Below are positions 18,444 to 26,264 of a stretch of 41,188 bases of DNA, in pieces. The notes beneath the pieces were generated by a model, which made no database searches, was not told the DNA's origin, and saw only the letters and a list, made by a program, of their open reading frames with translations. Made by a program: the position numbers and the translations under genes. Within the stretch, counting starts at the first letter, position 1, and every line of letters starts with the position of its first letter. The DNA comes from an uncultured Clostridia bacterium. GTDB taxonomy: Bacteria > Bacillota > Clostridia > Christensenellales > Borkfalkiaceae. The DNA is taken from NCBI GenBank assembly GCA_904501815.1, contig CAJGCN010000001.1, positions 1 through 41,188 of the forward strand, written 5' to 3'.

Positions 18444-18472
18444 AATAGAAAGATTATTTTTGGAGGACTGCT

Positions 18473-19906
18473 ATGAGCTACAAAACGAGAGAATGGCGCA
18501 ACGCAATGCGTGTTAGCCTTGACTACAACAATATGACGGACACCTTTCTCGGCGAGAAAGGCTTTTCGAAAAAAGACCTTGCGGCGTATTCTACGCGCGC
18601 AAAACAGGCGTTTGACTACGTAAAAGAAAACAGAGGCAAGGACGAGCTGTATATGGGTTGGACGGAACTTCCTTACAATCAAAAGGAAATCGTGGAAGAT
18701 ATTTTGCAAACGGCAAAAACCGTGCGCAAGAATTTTCAATACTTCGTCGTGCTCGGTATCGGCGGAAGCGCGCTCGGTCCGATTATGGCGTTTAACGCGC
18801 TTTGCCACTTGCACTACAACGACTTACCTAAATACAAGAGAAAAGGCCCTAAATTCTACGTGGAAGACAACGTTGACCCTGTGAGAATGCGCGACCTTTT
18901 AGACGTAATCGAGCCTGAAAAAACTTGCTTTAACGTAATTTCCAAATCGGGCGCGACCAGCGAAACTATGACGCAGTATTTGATTATTCTCGATCTTTTA
19001 ACCAAAGCGGGCGTGAACGTAAAAGACAACGTAATTTTCACCACCGACGAGAAGAAAGGCAATTTGAAAAAGATTTCCGACGAATGTGGCGGAATTAAGA
19101 GCTATATTCTCCCCGACGGCGTAGGCGGAAGATTTTCTCAGCTTTGCCCCGTAGGGCTTTTGCCCGCGGCAGTGCTTGGCATTGATATTAAAGGTTTACT
19201 CGCAGGCGCGGCGTATATGGACAGCGTTTGCCGTCAACCGTCTATGCATAAAAACCCTGCTCTTATGTCTGCCGTTTTACAAATCGCGGCAATGGAACAA
19301 GGCAAGAATATCGGCGTTATGATGCCCTATTCGGATAACTTGAAATTCCTTGCGGACTGGTATTGTCAACTTTGGGCGGAATCTCTCGGCAAAAATATCA
19401 CGCTCGACGGCACGCCTTGCAACGTTGGACAAACGCCTGTGAAATCGCTCGGCGTCACCGACCAACACTCGCAAGTACAGCTCTACACCGAAGGCCCGTT
19501 CGATAAAGTCGTCACCTTCCTTTCCTTGAAAAAATACGGCTGTGAAATGCCTATCCCGCACGGTTGCGAAAATATCCCCGACGTAGCGTTCTTAGGCGGA
19601 CACACGATGGAAGAACTCATTCAAGCGGAAAACGCCGCCACCGCTTACGCTTTGACGAAAGCGGGAAGAATGAACTATACGCTTTGGATTCCCGAACTCA
19701 ACGCCTTTACGTTAGGTCAGCTGTTGTTCCTGTTCGAATTGCAAACGGCGTACGCAGGGGCAATGCTGAACATCAACACCTTTAACCAACCGGGCGTGGA
19801 AGAAGGCAAAAAGGCGACCTTTGCGTTGCTCGGCAAAGCTGGCTACGCCGAAAAGAAAAAGGAACTCGATTCCCTGCCCGAAAAGAACGCGAAATGCATT
19901 ATCTAA
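18473..19906 (+). CDS. pgi: Glucose-6-phosphate isomerase
   Basis: Motifs VVLGIGGSALGP, ISKSGATSET, GGRFS and DQHSQVQLYTEGP are present. Confidence 0.93.
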   Translation: MSYKTREWRNAMRVSLDYNNMTDTFLGEKGFSKKDLAAYSTRAKQAFDYVKENRGKDELYMGWTELPYNQKEIVEDILQTAKTVRKNFQYFVVLGIGGSALGPIMAFNALCHLHYNDLPKYKRKGPKFYVEDNVDPVRMRDLLDVIEPEKTCFNVISKSGATSETMTQYLIILDLLTKAGVNVKDNVIFTTDEKKGNLKKISDECGGIKSYILPDGVGGRFSQLCPVGLLPAAVLGIDIKGLLAGAAYMDSVCRQPSMHKNPALMSAVLQIAAMEQGKNIGVMMPYSDNLKFLADWYCQLWAESLGKNITLDGTPCNVGQTPVKSLGVTDQHSQVQLYTEGPFDKVVTFLSLKKYGCEMPIPHGCENIPDVAFLGGHTMEELIQAENAATAYALTKAGRMNYTLWIPELNAFTLGQLLFLFELQTAYAGAMLNINTFNQPGVEEGKKATFALLGKAGYAEKKKELDSLPEKNAKCII

Positions 19907-19922
19907 AACGCTTGAACGCGAC

Positions 19923-19958
19923 CCTGCCCCACTCAAACGAACGGGGCAGGTCTTTTTT
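19923..19958 (+). terminator. Rho-independent terminator of pgi
   Basis: The stem is CCTGCCCC (19923-19930) / GGGGCAGG (19943-19950), followed by TCTTTTTT. Confidence 0.75.
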
Positions 19959-20085
19959 ATTCAATTTTCTTTTTCCGCGCGTATAAAAAAATTCCCGCAA
20001 GGCAATACTTTTACTGACGAAAACCTTCGCCCCTACATATAATAAAGTAAGGGAGTTTTTTCGGGTTTTCAAAAGAGGTACGACT

Positions 20086-20436
20086 ATGAACGTTAAAAGA
20101 GGCGAATTATACTACGCGGATTTATCCCCCGTAGTGGGTAGCGAGCAAGGGGGAATACGCCCCGTACTCGTGGTGCAAAACGACGTGGGCAATAAATATT
20201 CCCCTACGATTATTGCGGCTGCCGTCACGAGCAAAATCAACAAAGCGCGCCTGCCCACGCACATTGAACTCCCTTCCGCCTACGGGCTTGCAAAAGACAG
20301 CGTAATTTTATTAGAACAAATCCGAACGCTGGATAAACGCCGTTTAAAAGAACGCATAGGAGAGCTTCCGCCCGCTACGATGAACCGCGTAAACCGCGCT
20401 ATTTTAATCAGCTTAGGCTTTCCCGTAAACAATTAA
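20086..20436 (+). CDS. mazF: MazF/PemK-family endoribonuclease toxin, EndoA (NdoA/YdcE)-like
   Basis: [29 protein letters not shown] and [20 protein letters not shown] closely resemble B. subtilis EndoA. The RBS is AGAGG. Confidence 0.9.
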   Translation: MNVKRGELYYADLSPVVGSEQGGIRPVLVVQNDVGNKYSPTIIAAAVTSKINKARLPTHIELPSAYGLAKDSVILLEQIRTLDKRRLKERIGELPPATMNRVNRAILISLGFPVNN

Positions 20437-20480
20437 CGTTTGCGGGATTTTCGTCGAAAAAGCCCTTGTATTTTCAACCT

Positions 20481-20514
20481 TTTACAAATTTCGCCCGCAA
20501 AAAAGTTATATACT
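20481..20514 (+). promoter_or_regulatory. Candidate spoIIE promoter with an over-long spacer
   Basis: TTTACA (20481-20486), a 22-nt spacer, then TATACT (20509-20514). The palindromic box TTTTCGTCGAAAAAG lies at 20448-20462, just upstream. Confidence 0.3.
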
Positions 20515-20548
20515 AAACCCCGAACGAAATTATTCGGAGGCTAACACT

Positions 20549-22846
20549 ATGACTTCATCAAAACGTACGACGTCTACGCAAGTATTCGTATACGCGGCAG
20601 TACTTGCGGCGTTTTTATTTCTCTTCCACGTGGGAGATTACGGCGAGCCTTACGGGCTTGCTTTTCTTTTCGCCTGTCTTTCAGCGGAGCTATCTTTCGG
20701 CGTTTGCGGGTTATTTTATTTATTCTCCGTCGCCATTACGGGTCAATGGATTCTTACCCTGCTCTATTTCGGCCAAGCTCTGCTCTTATGCCTTTCTTTC
20801 GCCTTTAAACGACGTCTTACTCCGCCCAAACTACATATCCTTTCCTTTTCCGCCTTATTCCTTTCGCTTGCTTCGTACGTGCTGTTCGCCCCCTTTTCAG
20901 GCTATGAAACACCGTTCGGGATTTCCTTTTTCGAACAATCGCTTACGCAAAGCATTTTACTTTCCGCGTTCGTCTTTCTCTTAGCCGCCGCCTTTACGGT
21001 TGCGCTCAAAGCCCTGTTGCAAAAAGCCTTAAAATGCCGTTTGAAAACGGAAGAAATTCTCTTTTCCGTGCTTTTATTCCTGCTCGTCGGCGTAGGTATT
21101 TGCCGTTTTTTAAGCGTTGCCGTCTACACGGGCGTGGCATTCTTTTTACTTTTGATTATCTCCTACGTAAGCAAAGATGCCACCGCGCTCGTCGGTGCGT
21201 TCGTTTTATCCCTGCCGTCTGCGCTAATCGGCGGAATTTCCCCCGAACGTTTTTTCGTTTACGGAATTGCCGTCGTCCTTTTCGCAAAATCGGGTAGACT
21301 TGCGCAAACCTGCTCCGCCCTTATCGTCTTTTTCTACTACGGCTTTCTCGACGGCTTATACGATTTTCCCCTTTCCATGCTCGTGCAAAGCGTACTTTCT
21401 ACCGTCATTCCCTGTCTTTTATTCCTGTTATTGCCTGCGCCTTTATTGCACCGCTTAGAAGACGATTTGGTGTTTTATCGGGAAAAACATCTTTCCCGCA
21501 TTGCAATCAACCGCAACCGCGCGGCAATCGGAGAACAGCTCTTTGAGATTTCCGCCGTATTTAGAGAAATACAAACCACTTTCAACTCACTCGGCTCGTC
21601 CCAAGCGGAAGATGAAGCCAAAGAATATATCCGCAATCTCGTTTGCGATAAGGTCTGCAAAAAATGCCCGCAATATTCTCAGTGCGCGGCGGAAAACGTG
21701 CAACGTCATCTCGTTTCGCTCGTTTCCGTCGGTTGCTTGAAAGGCAAAGTCAGTTTAATCGACGTACCTGGCGCAATGGCGCAAAAATGCGTTAATCAAA
21801 GCGGAATACTCTACGCGGTCAACCGTCAGCTCGTAGAGTTTAAAAACTATATGTTAGAAGCGGAAAACGCCGCGACGGGGCGAGCGCTCCTTGCCAAGCA
21901 AGCGCAGGGCGTAAGCGAAATTTTGCGTGGGATTGCCTTAGAGCAAAGCGAGCCGTTGCTTTTGCATAAAGAAAAAGAACGCGCGCTCAGTTTAGCCCTT
22001 TTAAAAGCAGGGGTCGTTTGCTCGGAAGTGCTTATCTACGGCGAAGAACGGGAACTTACGCTTTCTTTAATTACGTTCGGAAACGCATCCGTCAAAAAGA
22101 TTGCCGACGTTTCTTCGGCTTTTTTCGGCTCGCCTATGATTATTTCTAAAAGACTTCCTTTAAGCAAGGAAAAATACTGCTGTATTTTGCGCAAAAAACC
22201 TTATTTCGACGCGGCGTTCGGCGTGGCTTGCGCCACTAAATACGGCGAAACGGCAAGCGGGGACACCCATTCCGTCACGAGAATAGACGAACGGCGGTTT
22301 ATGGTCGCGCTCTCCGACGGTATGGGAAGCGGGGAATACGCGCGCAAAATTTCCGAAAGCACCATTTCCCTGCTCGAAAGCTTTTACCGCGCGAAAATGC
22401 CGTCTGCTTTAATTCTTTCCACCGTCAACAAACTGCTCGCTTTCAACCGCGAAGAAAGCTTTGCTTGCGTGGATATCGCCGTCGTGGACTTGGACAGCGG
22501 GGAAGCCAACGTCGTGAAAATCGGCTCACCGACGGGCTTTATTTTATCAGGCAACGCTTTGAAAATTCTCGACAGCGCCACCCTACCGCTCGGAATTCTC
22601 GATTCACTCCATCCCGAAGCGTCTACCTACGTATTAAAAGAAAACGACGTACTCTTGTTTTTAAGCGACGGGATTACTTCGGCGTTCGGCTCAACCGCCG
22701 ACTTGTATGAAAACTTAAAAAAGCTCCCCGCATCTAACCCGCAAGAGCTTGCCGACTGTATTTTGCAAAAAGCCATAGAAGAATACGGCAATCTTTCCAA
22801 AGACGATATGACCGTCGTTGCAGTACGCCTTTTCAAAGCCTCCTAA
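20549..22846 (+). CDS. spoIIE: Stage II sporulation protein E (polytopic membrane region plus PP2C phosphatase)
   Basis: About 10 N-terminal TM segments are followed by a C-terminal PP2C domain with SGDTHSV, ALSDGMGSG, LFLSDGI and DDMTVVAVRL. The RBS is GGAGG. Confidence 0.88.
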   Translation: MTSSKRTTSTQVFVYAAVLAAFLFLFHVGDYGEPYGLAFLFACLSAELSFGVCGLFYLFSVAITGQWILTLLYFGQALLLCLSFAFKRRLTPPKLHILSFSALFLSLASYVLFAPFSGYETPFGISFFEQSLTQSILLSAFVFLLAAAFTVALKALLQKALKCRLKTEEILFSVLLFLLVGVGICRFLSVAVYTGVAFFLLLIISYVSKDATALVGAFVLSLPSALIGGISPERFFVYGIAVVLFAKSGRLAQTCSALIVFFYYGFLDGLYDFPLSMLVQSVLSTVIPCLLFLLLPAPLLHRLEDDLVFYREKHLSRIAINRNRAAIGEQLFEISAVFREIQTTFNSLGSSQAEDEAKEYIRNLVCDKVCKKCPQYSQCAAENVQRHLVSLVSVGCLKGKVSLIDVPGAMAQKCVNQSGILYAVNRQLVEFKNYMLEAENAATGRALLAKQAQGVSEILRGIALEQSEPLLLHKEKERALSLALLKAGVVCSEVLIYGEERELTLSLITFGNASVKKIADVSSAFFGSPMIISKRLPLSKEKYCCILRKKPYFDAAFGVACATKYGETASGDTHSVTRIDERRFMVALSDGMGSGEYARKISESTISLLESFYRAKMPSALILSTVNKLLAFNREESFACVDIAVVDLDSGEANVVKIGSPTGFILSGNALKILDSATLPLGILDSLHPEASTYVLKENDVLLFLSDGITSAFGSTADLYENLKKLPASNPQELADCILQKAIEEYGNLSKDDMTVVAVRLFKAS

Positions 22847-22855
22847 CCGTACTTC

Positions 22856-22895
22856 AAAAAAGACGGATGAGTGTTTTTTCTCGTCCGTCTTTTTT
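22856..22895. terminator. Bidirectional rho-independent terminator shared by spoIIE and the convergent membrane-protein operon
   Basis: An A6 run is followed by stem GACGGATGAG (22862-22871) / CTCGTCCGTC (22880-22889), which contains one G-U pair, then T6. Confidence 0.8.
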
Positions 22896-22901
22896 GTAAG
22901 T

Positions 22902-24494
22902 TTATTCTTGCGTTTCTTCTGCGCTTTCTTCTTGCGCAGGAGTTTCTTCTTTTTTTACCTTTTGCAACTGGAATACTCTTCCGCAAGCCGCGCAACGATA
23001 ACCAGGCGCGCCTTGTTTAATTTTGAGCTTCTTCGCGCAATACGGGCAATTGATTTCACGGGTTTTGCCGTTCGGCTCCCATTCAAAGGTCAATCCGTCC
23101 CATTCGTTGAACGCAGGCGTTTCGGGTTGCGCCGTTTCTTCTTTCTTTTCCGTTTGCACGGGGGCAGGTACGGGCGCAGGCATAGGGATAGGCGCAGGCA
23201 CAGGAACGGGCATAGCCGTTTCGGGCGTTTGATACATAACAGGCTGACCGTTTTGCATAGGCATTACCATTACGGGTTGACCGTTGGGTTGCATAAACAC
23301 GCCGGGACGGGTAATGCATTGCAAAGGAATACGGTAGGAAGGTTGCACGGGCTGTTGCGACGCTTCTTGGGCTTTGGGTTCAACACACGCGTTGCGTACT
23401 CTATCGTTGTTTTTCGTTTTGATAACAAGGTCTAAAACAAACGCAAGAAGCGAAGCAGGCACGATTAAAAGAATCCACCACGTCCATTCGCTAACGGCAA
23501 AATAATGCACGAAGAACCACGCAAGCGCGTTGACAGCCACAAACATAGAGAACACGCGGTAATTCTTCATACCCTTTGCGTTCATACCGTCGATAGAATA
23601 CTCCGTCGCGTGGAAAGCGTGATTATATAACACGAACGTCCAAACGAGCAAAAGCACTTGTAAAACGGTGTCTAAGAGTAATTTTATATTTCCCGTAAGA
23701 TACGAAAATCCGCTCACGGAAACGCCCGTCAACGTAGCGTTCAAGTTGGTTGCTTTTGCAAAGAAGAACGCAATTGCGACCACGACGAGAATATGTATTA
23801 AATTACGGAAGAAATACGCCGAAACTTTCGAAGAACGCTTATATTCAACGACCGTTTCTTCAATGTCGTAGCGACCGATTTTCGCAGAAACGGGTCCTGC
23901 AATCAAGCGCACCAACACGCCCACGCCGATCGGAAGATATACGAGCGCAGAAAACTCCGCTTTCGCAACCGCATAGATAAGCAAAAGGCCGAACAGAACG
24001 GTGATAAGCGTGCCCGAGAAACAATTCCCAAGCTTTTGCATTGCGTAGAAATTGCGGTTATACCCTTTATTACGCGTGGGGTTTTTCTTAGAAAGACCGC
24101 TGAGCTTGGAAAAGCTTACGAGCAAATTAATAAACCCAACGAGAAGCATAAGCGCGTACAACGCGCAAACAGGCAACAGCACGAGCGAGTTATAATTCAA
24201 ACCGCCGAGATTAAAAACGGGGTTTAAAAAGGTGAGAATGGAAACTTCCCAAGCCTTGTTATCCGCCGTTTGAACCGTTAAAAACGGAACGAACAAAAAC
24301 GCAAACAATGCAATCGAGCCAATCAAATACAAAACTCCCGCGAACTTCGCCTTTGCGTGCGCCTTTTTAATACGGCGTTTCATAGACGAAATTTCTTCGC
24401 AGTTTTCGCTATTTATAAACGCGCCCGCCGCCGCGTCTTGTTGCTCAGTCGAAACGGGTTGCCCGTCATTTTTTAAGCGTTTGTCTTTCTTCAT
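22902..24494 (-). CDS. Uncharacterised ~8-TM membrane protein, paralog 1, with Met/Pro/Gln-rich tail, PxP linker and C-terminal zinc ribbon
   Basis: It shares these motifs with the ORFs at 24819-26123 and 26265-27419: GYNRNFYAMQKLGNCFSGT, FFRNLIHILVVVAIAFFF and HATEYSIDG. The zinc ribbon is CPYC..17..CAAC (22983-23048). The ATG at 24494 follows AAAGGAGAG. Confidence 0.8.
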   Translation of the reverse strand: MKKDKRLKNDGQPVSTEQQDAAAGAFINSENCEEISSMKRRIKKAHAKAKFAGVLYLIGSIALFAFLFVPFLTVQTADNKAWEVSILTFLNPVFNLGGLNYNSLVLLPVCALYALMLLVGFINLLVSFSKLSGLSKKNPTRNKGYNRNFYAMQKLGNCFSGTLITVLFGLLLIYAVAKAEFSALVYLPIGVGVLVRLIAGPVSAKIGRYDIEETVVEYKRSSKVSAYFFRNLIHILVVVAIAFFFAKATNLNATLTGVSVSGFSYLTGNIKLLLDTVLQVLLLVWTFVLYNHAFHATEYSIDGMNAKGMKNYRVFSMFVAVNALAWFFVHYFAVSEWTWWILLIVPASLLAFVLDLVIKTKNNDRVRNACVEPKAQEASQQPVQPSYRIPLQCITRPGVFMQPNGQPVMVMPMQNGQPVMYQTPETAMPVPVPAPIPMPAPVPAPVQTEKKEETAQPETPAFNEWDGLTFEWEPNGKTREINCPYCAKKLKIKQGAPGYRCAACGRVFQLQKVKKEETPAQEESAEETQE

Positions 24495-24519
24495 AGTTCT
24501 CTCCTTTAAAAAGCATTTC

Positions 24520-24548
24520 GATATGCGCCCGAATTTTGGACGCATATC
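24520..24548 (-). promoter_or_regulatory. Intra-operon hairpin between the 85-aa ORF and paralog 1
   Basis: The stem is GATATGCG (24520-24527) / CGCATATC (24541-24548) with a 13-nt loop. T-rich sequence follows a few nt later on the minus strand. Confidence 0.3.
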
Positions 24549-24559
24549 GCTTTTTCTTT

Positions 24560-24817
24560 TTATTTCTTTCTCTTTTTATCCGGCACGACGATAGGCACGG
24601 TTTCTTGCGCTACGGGCATCATAGGCTGACCGCTCGCAATCAAAGGCATAATCATCACGGGCGTACCGTTAGGTTGCATATACACCCCTGCTTGAATAGG
24701 TCCGCGATTAACCCCCATAGAATAATTAAGGGGAGCAGGTTGTTGATACGCTCTGTATTTATCCGCATCAATCATCATTTCGTAATCGTCTTTCGATTTA
24801 AAAACCTTTCTCTTCAT
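24560..24817 (-). CDS. 85-aa soluble protein that mimics the cytoplasmic tail of the flanking membrane paralogs
   Basis: The RBS GAGGAGGG precedes it, and it starts 1 nt after the paralog 2 stop. GVYMQPNGTPVMIMPLIASGQPMMP matches GVFMQPNGQPVMVMPMQNGQPVM of paralog 1. Confidence 0.6.
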   Translation of the reverse strand: MKRKVFKSKDDYEMMIDADKYRAYQQPAPLNYSMGVNRGPIQAGVYMQPNGTPVMIMPLIASGQPMMPVAQETVPIVVPDKKRKK

Positions 24818-24818
24818 C

Positions 24819-26123
24819 TTAATATCCCTCCTCGTCCACGAAATAGTATTCCACAGGCGCGGCGCTTTCGTAGTTCGGCGCGTTGTGCGACATAGGCATT
24901 ACCATATATTGCTGACCGCCGTAGGTGATAACACCGGGTTGCGTGAAGCAATGCAAGGGTACGCGACTGGTTTGGGGCATATTCGTAGGCACGTACTGCG
25001 CGTCGAATTCTTCCTTTCTTCTAATCGAGCCTTTTACTTTCGGGAAACGGCGCAAGCAACATTCCAAAATAAAGGATACGAAAGCGACTACCCCAAGCAA
25101 AATCGTTTGCAAGTTATCGCCAAAGCCTACGCCTTGAACGAAATATTCAAAGCACACGAGCCCTGCCGAAAGCAAGAAAATGAAGAACGTAAAGATACGG
25201 AAGTTATGCATACCGCTCGCTTGCGCGCCGTCGCGGTCAAATTCCGTCGAAGCCGTCGTGTGCTTAACGAGCACGAGCCAGCAAACGACGATAACAAGTT
25301 CGATAGCCGCCACGATTAACGCATTGATATCGTTAAGTATTCCTTTAAAGTCGCCCGTTGCGAACAAATCGGAAACGAACGCTTTAAGCGTGTTCATTTT
25401 CAAGAAGAAGAACGCGATACCCGCCACCGCCGCGATTTGGAACAAATTGCGAAGGAACACGGAAAATCTGCCGTATCTTCTCTTTTCTTCTTCCACACCG
25501 CCACGCGCCGTGAACAAGCTGACGTTTCCGCCTACGAGCCCGCACCAGAAGTGGAATAAAAATCCAACGCCAACTGCGATATAAGCCATTAACGTAAAGC
25601 TATATCCCGTAAGATACAATAAACAGCTAAAAAATACGACTGCGAAGAACGAACCAGAGAAAATTCTGCCGAGATCTTCCATTGCAAACGCGTTGCGGTT
25701 AAACCCGTACGTTCTGCTCGCTTTCTTTTTATACAGCCAACCAAACTTGCCAAAACAGCGGAAAAAGTTGATTAACAGCACGAGAAGCATAATCGTATAA
25801 ATCAACGGCTTAACCATAGGTTTAATCACTTCGAGCGTAAAGCCGTTTTTGATGTCAAGGAAAGGTTTCCAAAAGTTTGCCACCCAAAGATATTCGATTG
25901 CGCCCTTGTTGTCGTAGCTGAACATTCCCAAACACGCCAACGCAAGAAATGCAAGCGTACCGAAAAAGTAGAAAAATCCCATCCACTTTGCTTTGCCTTG
26001 CGCTTTTCTCACACGCTTACGCATATTCACAGGCGTCGTAGGAACGTGCTTTTGTTGTTTTACTGTTGGCGCACAACCGATATCCATACCGTAGTGTTGT
26101 TGAATCATTTGTTGATTCTTCAT
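24819..26123 (-). CDS. Uncharacterised ~8-TM membrane protein, paralog 2
   Basis: It carries the motifs YGFNRNAFAMEDLGRIFSGS, FLRNLFQIAAVAGIAFFF, HTTASTEFDRDG and the tail PLHCFTQPGVITYGGQQYMVMPM. The ATG at 26123 follows GGGAGGAG. The ORF-track start at 26237 adds an Arg-rich extension with no RBS. Confidence 0.8.
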   Translation of the reverse strand: MKNQQMIQQHYGMDIGCAPTVKQQKHVPTTPVNMRKRVRKAQGKAKWMGFFYFFGTLAFLALACLGMFSYDNKGAIEYLWVANFWKPFLDIKNGFTLEVIKPMVKPLIYTIMLLVLLINFFRCFGKFGWLYKKKASRTYGFNRNAFAMEDLGRIFSGSFFAVVFFSCLLYLTGYSFTLMAYIAVGVGFLFHFWCGLVGGNVSLFTARGGVEEEKRRYGRFSVFLRNLFQIAAVAGIAFFFLKMNTLKAFVSDLFATGDFKGILNDINALIVAAIELVIVVCWLVLVKHTTASTEFDRDGAQASGMHNFRIFTFFIFLLSAGLVCFEYFVQGVGFGDNLQTILLGVVAFVSFILECCLRRFPKVKGSIRRKEEFDAQYVPTNMPQTSRVPLHCFTQPGVITYGGQQYMVMPMSHNAPNYESAAPVEYYFVDEEGY

Positions 26124-26264
26124 AGTTATTCTCCTCCCATTTTTTATGTGTATTTTTCTTATCCGTACTTCTTTGCGCTCACGCGCTCCCCCGCCGTATC
26201 GACAAAACCACCTCCCGACTATTTTTTTTCTTTTCAAAAATTTCGTCTTTCGTGGTTAATTTTT

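Noticed and set aside
18437-18814. 125-aa minus-strand ORF overlapping the pgi promoter and 5' end
   Set aside because: It is antisense to a well-supported pgi start (promoter, RBS and conserved N-terminus), and I recognised no motifs in it.
22818-23435. 205-aa plus-strand ORF rich in Arg/Phe/His, plus 23023-23232 and 23083-23319
   Set aside because: They are antisense or off-frame to the tail of paralog 1. The imperfect codon periodicity there comes from the Pro/Ala/Val linker. It is not an independent gene or a CRISPR-like array.
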